A DNA stretch of 62,912 bases, the filler included, from Polymyxa betae A26-41 (Eukaryota; Protista; Endomyxa: Phytomyxea): the NCBI GenBank assembly GCA_003693705.1. It is 5 parts of 5 records of this genome, joined end to end, with 100 filler letters (N's around TTAATTAATTAA, not from the genome) between each part and the next. Parts side by side here need not be neighbours in the genome. Positions count along the whole stretch, not along the records: positions 37,258 to 52,219 come from RBZT01000707.1; positions 52,320 to 62,912 come from RBZT01000512.1; 3 more parts are not named here. One strand, 5' to 3'. Shown here piece after piece: positions 45,425 through 57,062 of this stretch. Each line of letters opens with the position of its first letter. Position 1 is the first letter of the stretch. The translations under genes and the position numbers were made by a program. A model generated the notes under the pieces. It saw nothing but the letters and a program-made list of their open reading frames with translations. It was not told the DNA's origin and searched no databases.

Positions 45425-46811
45425 ATGAACGTCATCATCACTGGGGGAAGCAGTGGTATCGGGCGGGCCATCGTGCAGCGCTTTTGCGAATCTGGGCATA
45501 ATGTGCTGTTTACGTACTATAAGAACGACGATGGTGCGTCTGATCTAGTACGAATGTACCCTGAACGTGCTCATGCTGTTCATTGCGATCAAGGCGATGT
45601 TAACAGCGTCACCAATCTGTATGTGCTTGTTTTGTCGGATATCTGTATTCATTTATCAGACGCTTCTTCCGCGACAGCATTGCATGAACATTTTCAGACC
45701 ACACCTTGTTTTGTGCTCTTATTTATCAGAAATTTTTCAGGTATAAAGCTGTCAAAAGCTGGCTGGGAGACCGATCTATTGATGGTTTAATCAATAATGC
45801 TGCTCTTGGGTCTGGGACGGTTAGTTTCTACGACAACTTCTCACCAGTAATTGCATCCGATGTGAAAGATAAGGACCCTGCTCTTCAGGAATTTTTTGAG
45901 CAAGCACGGAAAGATGAAGCGTTAATGAGGTGATACTCTATTGATCCTTTCATTTTACTCACTTTTCATCACTTTCCTGCCGTTTTGTTCTTTGCTGTCG
46001 CACGAGTTTATTCACATAATTCATGAAAGTCTCTTACCGAACACACCTCGATTTGATGTCGTGTTTGGTTTCCTTATTTAAATTGTAGTTTGCTGGTTTT
46101 GGGGTTTCCTGTTTTTTGCCTAATATCTATCTGTTTTTTTCTCAAACAATGCTAGGGTAAACGCTCTCGGCCCGCTCTGGGTAACACGGGCTCTGCTGCC
46201 CCTAATGAAAGGCCCCGATCGTAGCGTTATCGTTATGATTGGATCAGTCGGTGGATCGACAGGTGCTTTTCCTGAATATACTCCTTCGGATCTAATGTCC
46301 AAGTCTGCTGTCGCCTACCTAACTAAACATCTCGCAGCAGGTGAAGTTTTACACCTTTCTAATGGCTTAGGGTGCCTGTTTGTTTCTACTTATTTTGTTT
46401 CTTATTGAGGTTTGCAACTTTTTATTTACTAACACTATGTGATTGCAATTCAACTATCTGTGTGATGCTTTATTTTACAGTTTATGAAACCATTCGTTTT
46501 CGCTTCCAAGTTTAACACTAAGATTCTTTATAGAGCATGTCCATGATCATATCGATGTAATATGCTTATCACCGGGTGCGACCAACACAGAAATGTTCCA
46601 GAAGAGCACACTGGCGAAGCTTTCGGGATCTGTAGAAGGGTTCGTTTCCAAGTTCCCGAAAGGCCGGCTAATTGAGACTGAGGAAATTGCTTCTGCATGT
46701 CTCTGGCTAACAACCCAGAAGTCAGCTCGTATTCTCCATGGAGCTGTAATCGATGCTTCAATGGGATTAGGAGTACGGCCAGGGTTGCAAACAGAATGCA
46801 AGCGGCGCTAA
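45425..46811 (+). CDS. Short-chain dehydrogenase/reductase, 4 exons (45425-45618, 45741-45929, 46156-46340, 46534-46811), atypical active site
   Basis: TGGSSGIG, CDQGD, LINNAA, VNALG, GSVGG, DLMSK, SPGATNTEM, GRLIETEEIA; GT-AG introns keep the frame. Confidence 0.88.
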
Positions 46812-47384
46812 GCTGTACAATATCTAACTGCCAATGTCATTAAACACGATTCAAGAATACCTACCTCATCAAGGAAACTTTTTAAACATCAAACTCGGGA
46901 CTTCTCAAGCTCTAGCATGTTATTTCACAACTGAGAATCGGGGGTGGAGAGGTATAGGTGAGACATCTTTTTTTAGAATATAACGAGGAGTGGAAAGAAT
47001 CACAGTAAGGCGATAGATGCAGGCGATAGCTTTATCGGCACAATATTTCTCTCTTCAATGTCGATTAGCAACCAACCTCCTTGCTGAACTGCCAATCGCA
47101 GATGCAGCCAAATCGCACCAAAAGCTACCGATAACTCGATCAGCCTGCTTTCGATTCTGTTTGACAACAGTTGTACATAGCAAATCAAAAGCTTGGCCAG
47201 TCTATGAATTAATGTTATCAGGCTCTATCAAGGGAAAATCGATTTGTACATGAAGCGGAATATCTAAAATTGGTGGAGGCTTTAAGCAAAACTTTACATA
47301 GCTTGATCTTTGTCCACCGTCGTTATCGATAACTGAAATGATGAAATGTATTGCGACGTAAACAGGCTCGAGATGGAGCGTAAC

Positions 47385-48362
47385 TTAGACAAGGCTGGAG
47401 TGAAGTTTCTGGTTGTACTTGCCCTGCTTCTTCTTGCGATGAATGACCACGAAGGTGACGAGAGCGGCGATTCCAGCTGAGCCAAGAACGGCAACGGTCC
47501 AGTAAATCCACGCCTTGCTGGCTGCGGGCTGATAGTCCACATTAAGCGTCTCTTCAGACATGGCAGTTTTCTCGACGAGATTCTTTTCCAGATGGGCATC
47601 GTCTGACACAGCAGCTGTCTCGTGATCTTTGCATTCGCAATCTGTCTTGCCCTCGTTCTCTTCGCTTCTGGCTTCCGGGGCCTTCTCTTCGTCGCACTTC
47701 TGGTCTGATTTGTTCTTGCAACAGGCATTATCGCTATGGTCTGCGTTCGAGTGATTATCCTGGCTCACATTGCCTTCGTTAGACGCCTTCTCAGGATCCT
47801 TCTGGTCCTCGCCTTTCTCTTTCTCTTTTTCACTATCATTGCCTTCTTTCTTTTCGTCGCCTTTGAGGTTCGCCTTCTCCTCATTCTTGTCATCATCGTT
47901 CTTTTGCTGAGGCTCATCGTTCTTCTCATTGTCGTTATCTTTGTTGCTGTCATCTTTCTTTCCATCATCCTCGTTCTCGTTCTTCCTATCATCTTTGTTT
48001 CCGTCGCCCTGCTCTTTTTCAGCCTGACTTTCAGTTTCATTTTCCTTCTTTTCAGATGGCTGTTTGTCTCCAGCATCTTGGTTGTCGGAACCCTTCTTGT
48101 CAGAGCCGTCCTTAACTTCAGAATCGTTGTTTTCGGTTTTGTCTTGCGACTCATTATCGTTAGGTTTGGTACTCGGGACCTTTGCGTCATCAGTTGGTCC
48201 CGGAAGCTTCCCCCCACTCACATCAGGATTAGAGGGGTCTTGGCCAGTAGCAGCAGCGCTTGTGTTCTCATTAGAGGCCACAGGGCCGGGATTGTCATCA
48301 TTCGTCGCAGCAATTAGAGCGGCAAGTCCAACAATGAACACCAACAGAACTTTCTTGAACAT
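47385..48362 (-). CDS. Type I membrane protein with signal peptide and D/E/K/N low-complexity ectodomain
   Basis: MFKKVLLVFIVGLAALIAA signal; charged repeats; TM WIYWTVAVLGSAGIAALVTFVVI; basic stop-transfer HRKKKQ; tail GKYNQKL. Intact 325-aa ORF. Confidence 0.85.
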   Translation of the reverse strand: MFKKVLLVFIVGLAALIAATNDDNPGPVASNENTSAAATGQDPSNPDVSGGKLPGPTDDAKVPSTKPNDNESQDKTENNDSEVKDGSDKKGSDNQDAGDKQPSEKKENETESQAEKEQGDGNKDDRKNENEDDGKKDDSNKDNDNEKNDEPQQKNDDDKNEEKANLKGDEKKEGNDSEKEKEKGEDQKDPEKASNEGNVSQDNHSNADHSDNACCKNKSDQKCDEEKAPEARSEENEGKTDCECKDHETAAVSDDAHLEKNLVEKTAMSEETLNVDYQPAASKAWIYWTVAVLGSAGIAALVTFVVIHRKKKQGKYNQKLHSSLV

Positions 48363-51300
48363 TGTTTCTTAGAAAATGTTAAAACTTGCAACCAGGTATT
48401 AGACGCTTCAAAGTCTCACAGCATTTCAGGCATTCTTACCGAGTATATTTCCGAACAGAGGATCGAGAATTACTTGACAAATTTGTCTATGAACGACACT
48501 CGACAATTGGGGACTGTTCAACATCCGTCACGCCGTTCGGCGTGCTGTACAGTGTACATCCTTCGGAGCCCGCGGACATAAAGTATCATGCTTTAGGGTT
48601 TTGCGACAGTAGAAACTTCTACCGATCTACACTCGGGCCTGGTCACGACGAACAGGATTGGGCCGAATGGCTGTGGGCCAGCATAGTCCGTGGGTTTAGC
48701 AGCCATGGTGTAGTTCATGTCTAAGGGGGTCTTGTCATCGGCTCTACATGCTGCTGGCCGCTGATGTATCGAAGCCTGAAATCCGAATCTGTCCAGGATT
48801 GTGCAAAGGCGACGAAATCGGTGCTGTTGATGACGAGAACAGCTCAAGTTACCAGAAAGAATGATTGATAGCTTGAAGCATCGCCATGCGTAGAATAAGA
48901 TGGTGCTGTATTTAGTTGTATCGAAGCCTATTCTCTCAAAACATCAACGTTTTAGAAGCAATGCATCTGGAAAGACTCGAACGGCAAAACCGGTAGAGTA
49001 ACCACATTCGTTTAAACAATAAATGTGGAATCATAATGATTTGTAGCAAACTTGTCTGTGGCTTTAATGTACATTAAATGCTACTTGACTGGTTGCTCTT
49101 GATGCAATTCATCTGTCACCGTCTTGTGCATATTAACCGGAAGCTAACACCGATTAAATTAATCTCCTTCATCGGATGACATCATCATTGCCTTATCGAT
49201 GCGATGACAACCGTCCTTTCCGAAAGCCTCGTGTTTTGTGATAGGCTTAGGATACTGCCGATATCTTCTGTTCTTTGACTAGCCATGTTAGAAGGACCAT
49301 GAGCCCATAATGGGCCTAGATCTGCATATTAATGTAGCAGGAAGTCGAGATTTCATATAACAGATTGGATTGCAATGATCATCACGAATTCATCTCGGTT
49401 GTTTGGTTAAGAACTTACGACTGAATAGGGAGGTCGGCATCGCTTCGATATCGTGATAATGCTGTCAGCGCCAAATCTCTCATTAGCCGCCATACTGCCC
49501 CCGGTCACCCAACACACACTGGAACTCGCTTTTCAAAACTAACACACAAATACCAACGTCCGAAAAATGTTCCAAAAAGTGTGTACATTCAGCCCCTAAA
49601 ACTCGAGGGCGGAAACGAAGTCCAAAACGACTTTCAATTTATCTCTCAGGGACCCGACGAGAACATAACAGATGTTACAATTCCTTTAACAATTTTCGTG
49701 CAATTGGAGTGGGAGCCACCGAGCCAGCCGTAGATAGTTTTACCAAAAAAATAAACTACTAAACTAACTAATCTTATACCTAACATACATACTAGGTACA
49801 TAGCTGCAGAAAAAACTGCACTCAGCAAAATTTTATTGAGGGATATCTGAATCTTTAAAGGTAGCACCTTTACAATCTAGTACAGCCAAACAGACGCTTC
49901 AAAGCGTACTAAGAAATGTTCTGATGGCGAAGCTGCTCGTCTTGGTGCTTTTCAAGAACAGAACCCGTCAAACGCGCACAGCACACCATTCACTTCGAGC
50001 TATGGTCCCGAATCTGTTTCTGTTCGTGCACTCTTTCTGCCATCTCACAGTGCCACATCTCATGTATTTCCGCATTCTTATTTGTTCTTGGGTATTCCTT
50101 TGGGCAGTCGCCCTCACTCAATCAAACAAGATTCGCACTCGGTCGATTTTCTTCGTGAAATGCAATGACTGTCTACTTTGCGACGAATTCGTGAAGTTCG
50201 TGCTGATCTCGTTCGTACTGCTGATCTGGCTCATACCTTTACCGTAAAAAAATGACAATTTTAAGCTTTGGCTTTGACATAATTTCAAGTACCTCAATCA
50301 ATATGTGACTCCGAAATCTACAAATATGACGAACACCTCTCATATCTTTGCAACGTTACGACGTACGACATAAAGAATTCGCATCCAAACTCGATCTCAA
50401 AAACGGTTATTGGAACGTTCGGAATTGATCCCACCTCTCGAGGATATTGACCTTATCAGGTCGCTATTACGAATACCAAGTGCTACGTCCGCATCTGCAT
50501 TCTTTCAAGAGCTAACCGGAGATTTGTCGTTTGGCAGGTTAAAGCCTCCCTCTACCTGGACAATTTTCTGTTTCGTCATCCTGATGCTGCATATTTATCG
50601 AACGACGAAATCGTGTAATAATTACGTCTTTCTGGTTTCATTTTGCAAAAAAGTTGTTTGGTCCCAAGCCAAATCTGCGATTACCTCTGTTAGCGATTCG
50701 ATTCGATCTCGCTTTCGATGTCGATCCAGTCAGTGAATCAGTCGCTGTTTGCTTCCCCAATTCGTCGTCAGCTGGCACAGCCCCGTACGACGGTGCGTGT
50801 CTTAGCTCGCCTATGAGGTCAGCTGAACTTTGTGAACATCCCTAACCACCACTATTGGCAGTTTCGCCTTTCTGCCTTACGGGACCTGATCGGCCAACCC
50901 GTCGCATCGAACGACGTCGTTGGACGCGCGTCGCCCACATTTGTGGCTGCGAGCTGGACTACGACAATCCCGGTCTCACTCTCAATCCTTTTACCCAACC
51001 TGGTTCAACGAGAGAGGCGCCAGCAACACCGGCCTCGGCTTACTCGCGAATCAGTCGCCTTACTGGCCTGCCCGGGCTCTTCTTCGGATCATAGTCGCGA
51101 ATTACAAGCTGTAGTTCGATTTTTGCCGAACGGCGCTCATGCCGTATGATTTTTGGATAATACCTCGGTCTGCGGCATGGCCAATAATCATGGCTACACC
51201 ACAATGACTACGGCACGCTGTGGCGCTCCAAAGTTAAGACAGAAGGAGAGGCAGCTGTCATTGCGCAGGAGAAACATTGTGTGAAGACCATAGGCTAGAC

Positions 51301-51369
51301 TGTATATGTGTTTGTAAACAACAATGTAATACGATTGATGCAATGCGGCTGCAAATTCACACTGGTTTG

Positions 51370-51550
51370 GGTAAGGCTCTTGTCAAAGAATGTTCGGATG
51401 GGTAGGGTAAGGCTCTTGTCAAAAAGAATGATTGGATCGGTATGATAAGGTTCTTGTAAACTTTTTATTGGATGCGTAGGATAAGGCTCTTGTAAACTTT
51501 CAATTGGAGGGTTTGGATGAGGCTCTTGTAAAATAATGATTGGATGGGCT
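51370..51550. repeat. ~36-bp minisatellite, 5 units, core AAGGCTCTTGT
   Basis: Cores at about 51374, 51409, 51447, 51483 and 51519; lies downstream of the minus-strand Gypsy integrase. Confidence 0.8.
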
Positions 51551-52219
51551 AGCATGTTAGCAGCTTGATTGTTTCGCGATTCTTGTGTTGTCTTTTTTTC
51601 CACTTCGTAAAGTTCTTCTTAATTTGAGGGCCGTGAAGTTCCACGATCTTCGGCGAGTGCTCAGGCCAGGCCTGGTTGATGGCCTGGATTGTTTCATAGG
51701 ACATATCCGAGTCCAGCCCGTATAACACCTGCATCAGGCCCAGGGAGTGGAGTAATTACTATTCGTCTATGCATCTGTGATAACGAATCTTGTAATTGCT
51801 TAACTTCCTGTAGAAGCTTATCTAGCGGAATCCTCTCATACTGAAGTGTATCATTTCTAACTCTGGCAAATACACTATCTAATGGGTTGTCCGGGCGTTG
51901 TCCAGTAAATACTGTCACTGGGGCCTTTCCTCCTAGTCTGGCCTGAGGACGATGATTAATCGTATGCTCAATGTTCTTATTAAGCCAAGGCCAATCAGCC
52001 TTCTCCCAGTGTAGCTCAGATATCAAAGCGCGAACTAGCGCTAGATAATGCCGATTGATAATCTCAATGGAACCATTACTGTAGTGACCATATGCCACTG
52101 TAAAATGATGCTTGATGTTACACCGAAGTGTAAACTCTTCCATTACAGCTGACATGAAATATGATGCCATATCTGTTACTATAATGTCTGGAGTGCGTGA
52201 ACTAGCTCTCCAATCCATC

Positions 52220-52319
52220 NNNNNNNNNNNNNNNNNNNNNNNNNNNNNNNNNNNNNNNNNNNNTTAATTAATTAANNNNNNNNNNNNNNNNNNNNNNNNN
52301 NNNNNNNNNNNNNNNNNNN
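52220..52319. other. Artificial contig spacer
   Basis: N44-TTAATTAATTAA-N44. Confidence 0.97.
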
Positions 52320-52538
52320 GAGCCTGAAACTGCCCTTCATTTAACATGATTGTCGCAAAGAGAATACTGTACAATAGAAGATATTCGATTCGGACTATCA
52401 AATTTGTGTGTTTTTATTCACAAACAATGCATCCAAACGATCAGATTTTGTCAAAACGTGTTCTTACAATATTTTACAGCAATATTTCAAAAAAGGAATT
52501 TTGCGAAATTCCGGAGCGCAGATAGCCAAACGCACCCC
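52320..52538 (-). mobile_element. Insertion with PIF/Harbinger (Tourist)-like terminus in the Gypsy RT catalytic motif
   Basis: RT homology stops at TGG ATA (WI of WIDD) and continues GGGGTGCGTTTGG, similar to PIF/Tourist TIRs (GGG.GTGTTTGG). The other end is lost in the gap. Confidence 0.5.
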
Positions 52539-53829
52539 TATCCATATTATTAGTGACTCGTCAATCAGTCCCCTGAACACCTCTGCCATTCTGGCCTGGA
52601 ATTCCCTGGCCGAGTTTCGTGCTCCTTGGATAGATCGTTTGGGTGTGTACCCTCCTCTATCAGTTAAAAATGAGAGCATCTCTCGACACTCTTCTGACAA
52701 AGGCATCATCCAAAATTCCTTGAATGCATCTAACTTAAACCAACATTTCGAGCCGGCAAGTTTATTGACGACAGCCCCTAAAAATGGCATCGGCCATGTC
52801 GTGCTCTCGGAGACAGCGTTAGCTGCTCTCAAGTCCACACACATTCTTTCACCACCACAACAGGAGACGCCCATTGTGAGTTAAGATTCTCCTCTACGAG
52901 TCCATTTGTGATTAGCTCTCTATAAACGTTTTTATGAGCTGTCTGTCCTCTGGGCAGTATCTCCTTCCTCTAGACCGTTTCGGTCTCGCGTTTGGTAGGA
53001 GCCATGTGATAAACGGAGTTTCTGTTGATTGGAAGGTCTGGTCCTAGGTTAATCCGCGCCAGATATCTACATATCTTCGCACTAGCCGTTCCGTCCTTTT
53101 TAACCATTCCTCTGGTAACCCATTTATTACTGCACTCTCCAGCAGATCTTTGATTCCTGACTATATCTTCGCTGTTGACTTTGCCAATAACATCTTCGTC
53201 ATCCTCTATTGTGGTATTTTGATCATCGTCAACGCTTTGTGTGATCGGTCTATTTTGACCTGCTTCTCGCGTAGGGTTATGTTGACCATTTCTCTTCAGG
53301 ATTAATGCGTCGAGCGCACTTTTCGGCGCAATGCTGAGTTCCTCGAACAAACCGCTACCCAGTATGATCTCATCACTGGGGACATCGCAAATCAGACACT
53401 GTCGATTGCTTGTGATCAAATCTCCAACTTTTGTACGCATCCCGAAATTTACGCAAAAAAGTCATAGTCTGTCAACTGTCTCGTTATCACCTAATCTCAG
53501 CCTGATAGGGTCTGCCAGTTTCAAATTGGGAATGTTAGGATCGTTTTTATGGCTTTCTCGGCGATCTTTTTTGAAATTGAAGGAAACGCCAACTGCACCA
53601 CTGTCCAGGATGCATGAAAAGTAAAGCCCCTCATTTATTTCCCTCTATCTGATTATCCACCATCTCTTTTCCAATTTGCACACCATAGTACTGCGATTCT
53701 TATGTGAAATGGAACATTGCAATAGTTAAAAGTCGCACTCCGCGAAGTTTGGAGGGCTACGCCAGGAAATATCGCCATAGTAGCTTGTATGGTGCTTTCA
53801 CAGGAGCGGGAGCTATGCAGTGCATCGAC

Positions 53830-54260
53830 TCTCAGCAAGCGTCGGTCAATACGAAGATGCATGCCATTTATGCACACGTTTACTTGGGGTTTACCGTTGC
53901 TAAGGTCGCCATCGTATACAGGAAAGGTATAGGGACGATCAGTCGATGGATAAATCGATACAGGGAGACCGGGAATGTTTCTCGCTGTTGTTCGCAAAGC
54001 AGTCATGCAAGATTTCTACCTGAACAGCGCCATCGGATTCTTGATTATGATTTGAGGCATCCGTTATCGTTTCTCGACGAAACACGCAGAGCTTTTATCC
54101 TTGAATGGCGTATACGAAACAGCATCTCCAGTATTTTGAGAATTATGGCAGAGCTCAAGCTGACATATAAGGTACGAGCTTTGTCCTAATCGGATGACAA
54201 TATTAATTTTTCTAATGAAGTTTTGCCTTAGTGTATAGAGCGTCGCGCCATCCAAATAAG
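53830..54260 (+). mobile_element. Tc1/IS630-like transposase N-terminal (HTH) fragment
   Basis: ASVNTKMHAIYAHVYLG..GTISRWINRYRETG..HPLSFLDE..SISSILRIM..LTYKV, then after a probable intron CIERRAIQI. Confidence 0.65.
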
Positions 54261-54277
54261 CAGGAAAGAGAAAATTT

Positions 54278-54511
54278 GTGGCTGGTTATACCTCTAAGCT
54301 GCAGGTACTTGATGTAGGTATAAACCGACCGTTTAGATTCCACTTTCTACAAAATCATACCGAGTTTCTCATCAATCGGTCAACGCTGAATGAGAAACCC
54401 CGTCGGCAGGACATCGCACTCCGGGCGTTGTACGCCTGGAGCCAGGTATCGACTGCCGCTATTGTTAACACATGGAACCATGTGGGAATTAAGGCTGCCT
54501 CACAGCAGTGA
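54278..54511 (+). mobile_element. pogo/Tigger-like DDE transposase C-terminal fragment
   Basis: GYTSKLQVLDVGINRPF..AW..V...IVNTW matches the pogo TS.LQPLDV..N.PFK motif. Confidence 0.7.
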
Positions 54512-56195
54512 CTGTGTTTTTATTCTAATAAAGGAATTGCATCCAGGAGCACGCACGACTCCATTCCACAATTTCGGGCATCTTTTCGACGTTTGTGGGA
54601 ATTATCGGAAATGGAATATAGTTCTACAACCTGAGCGAACTTCCCAACAAATCGCTCGCGATTAGGCATGCAGAAGTTGGGGAGGAATGCGACACGACAA
54701 GATTCGTTACCGTTGGTTACTGCATGGGTGGCCACCGCTTCTTCGATTAAACCATTCCCTAGTTAAGAGAATCGTGTAAACTGGGGTTAATGTTTATAGA
54801 AAAAATTGGAGCAGCTACTCTCAATGGCTGCGAATTTGAACCGCAACAGCGTGCCGACACCGACTACGACCCCACAGGCCTCATGCAGCTAACACGAGCG
54901 CCCATTCTCAGGCTTTCGAAGGCCAACGATCTCAGCGTTGGCTTGCGACATCTTTCCTCTCTTTGCACCGACGATAGAGATGCTGAAATTCCGTAACGAG
55001 CGCAATACAAATGTGCACCATTGGGGGCTATTTGGGCAATGGGGTTGTTCCGGGAAGAATTACGGTAGTCCTTCATTGCAAAGAGTACCGAAAAAAAAAC
55101 AGAAACCTTTTGCAGGCAAACATTAAAGAAGAAGCCATAAAAATAAATACGAAAGCATTATAAGCATTTAAAATGGGATTAAAATTTCCAAATTGGGCAT
55201 AGCCGCCCCCGAAGAGATGCAAATGAAAAAGAACAGATACAGAGAATTTAGACCTTCTGATTGATGGCTGCAACCAACACCTGCAAGCTATACACCTACA
55301 GTAAGAGTCAGAGAAGAGCAAGCTTCTGAAACATGATGGAAACCAGCAAACCCAAATGCCAAACCATAATAAGCAATAGGCTATATGATATCACTATTTT
55401 CAAACAATTCGAATTTTTACATTACAGCGATATTGCCTCTTTCCGGTTGTTCTGATTTGCACTTTTGCTCGATATTTGAAAGTCTTCCGGGGATGAGTTA
55501 GCAGCTGAAATTACGGAAGTCTCACATCAAAAAGAAAAGATAATATGGCCAGTAAGTCCAGTCAATCAGTTTCTTCGTGGTATTTTTTGAATCCAAGTGT
55601 CAACGAAGAAATTGTTAAAATCATCCATTAAGAATCATCCTCGATAATCAGCGTTGAATATGGTCTGAATATACTGGCGACAACCTTTTTTATTTCAAAT
55701 TTCTACCTATATATCTTGCATAGTTACGTCTCACGTACAGTGATCAACTGAGGCTCTTCGCTATCAACAGAATCTAAACTGGAAAAAATGAAACATCTTA
55801 ACAGAAACCTTTATTACTGCATTTGTTTGAGAAACATTTAAGTTATCAGGAGGATTGCAATTTGGGATTTTTGCGCTGTAATTATGTGTGTTGTAGACTT
55901 ACCGTATATCCCGGTCAAATAAAATATCCACTAGTTACGCACTTTTTAATCAATTTTTCTCGATAACCAAAAGGCAGTACGTATAAAAATATTTTAATAT
56001 CAGCATGTGTAAAATCCAATAATCTTTCGATCTATGTAAAAGTTTTTGGCGAAGTCCATTTTCCGTCTCCAGAAATTGAATTCGAAAAAAAGTCAATAGG
56101 TATGTAAGTCACTGGTTCCAATAGCAACCAGGCATCATCTGGACAAGTGGTTCCCTGATCGGCAGAGAGTTGGAAAATTTTTGGCATGAACTATT

Positions 56196-57062
56196 TCACG
56201 ACACACCATGGAATTCACTGATCGATGAGCCATCATCGATGTCCAGGGACAAAGATAACTTGTTGTCGTCGCCGATTTGTGTACAGGCCGGTCCTTCAAG
56301 TCTCTGAAGTTTAGGTAGAGGCAACTTCCGGTGCGGTAATATATCGTTTTCGGAAGGTGAAGTTTTCAAGAACCTGGATTGGTTCTCGTCCTGGACTAAT
56401 CCAGCCTTATCTTTTATGTCCTGATCGAACTTCGTCCCGTTAGGGAAATTTTGTTGTATTGCCCATTTCGTCCATAATTGTGTCAAATATGAGGAATATG
56501 CTGTTATATTTTCACGAAACGTTTTCAATGGATCGTAATAATTTTCCATAAAATCCAGAAAACGAATTTGGTCGGGATCTCGACCGAGATCGTTGTCTGC
56601 AAACCGTGCAACAAAACACTTTTTCTGTCCGTCGTAATCAATAGAAACAGCGACTCCAACATCCACAGGAGACATTTTCGACGGTTGTTCCAGTAGATTT
56701 TTGACTGCTCTCGTGAACCTCTGTCTTTCGCCGTCGTCGTTTGGCTCGTGGTGACACGAGTTTAACGATTTCGAGATTAGGTTACGCTCCTCCACTATGA
56801 AACAGTTGGTGACCTTTTTTTTATAGATTCGCTCAATATAGTGAACGACTCTATTAGAAACAATCGCGCCAATGAACGAATCTATAAAAAAAACCTCACC
56901 GGTTAATATCTGATGACGGAACTCTGGCAACTTTCTCGCAGCATTCTTGGATACAACTCGATCCTTCGATATCTCTTCGATTGTTTTCAAATCGCATCGA
57001 TCTAAATTTTCAAACCTTTCAGCATCAAGATGAATGATGGGCCGTTTCTTAATCGGCGGCAC
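56196..57062 (-). CDS. Hypothetical protein (288-codon open frame, probably one exon of a larger gene)
   Basis: Long stop-free frame in AT-rich DNA with normal amino-acid composition; no in-frame ATG at the start; no recognised motif. Confidence 0.45.
   Translation of the reverse strand: MPPIKKRPIIHLDAERFENLDRCDLKTIEEISKDRVVSKNAARKLPEFRHQILTGEVFFIDSFIGAIVSNRVVHYIERIYKKKVTNCFIVEERNLISKSLNSCHHEPNDDGERQRFTRAVKNLLEQPSKMSPVDVGVAVSIDYDGQKKCFVARFADNDLGRDPDQIRFLDFMENYYDPLKTFRENITAYSSYLTQLWTKWAIQQNFPNGTKFDQDIKDKAGLVQDENQSRFLKTSPSENDILPHRKLPLPKLQRLEGPACTQIGDDNKLSLSLDIDDGSSISEFHGVS

Larger units (their letters stand above)
51600..53700 (-). mobile_element. Second member of the same Gypsy family (PR-RT right of the spacer, IN and chromo remnant left of it)
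   Basis: ILDSGA, CVDLRAAN, FKLDAFK, TDMASYF, GHYSNGSIE and NIEHTINHR are homologous to 16.9-22.2 kb; order and orientation are consistent across the spacer. Confidence 0.85.

Noticed and set aside
47736-48317. Hydrophobic plus-strand ORF as a membrane protein
   Set aside because: Antisense shadow of the K/E/D-rich low-complexity gene.
50300-51300. Possible plus-strand LTR element relic ending in PPT AGAAGGAGAGG then TGTCA
   Set aside because: No convincing protein motif or second LTR; too weak to call.
51370-51550. ~36-bp periodic repeat as a CRISPR array
   Set aside because: Units are degenerate tandem copies with no unique spacers, there are no cas genes, and the context is a eukaryotic retroelement.
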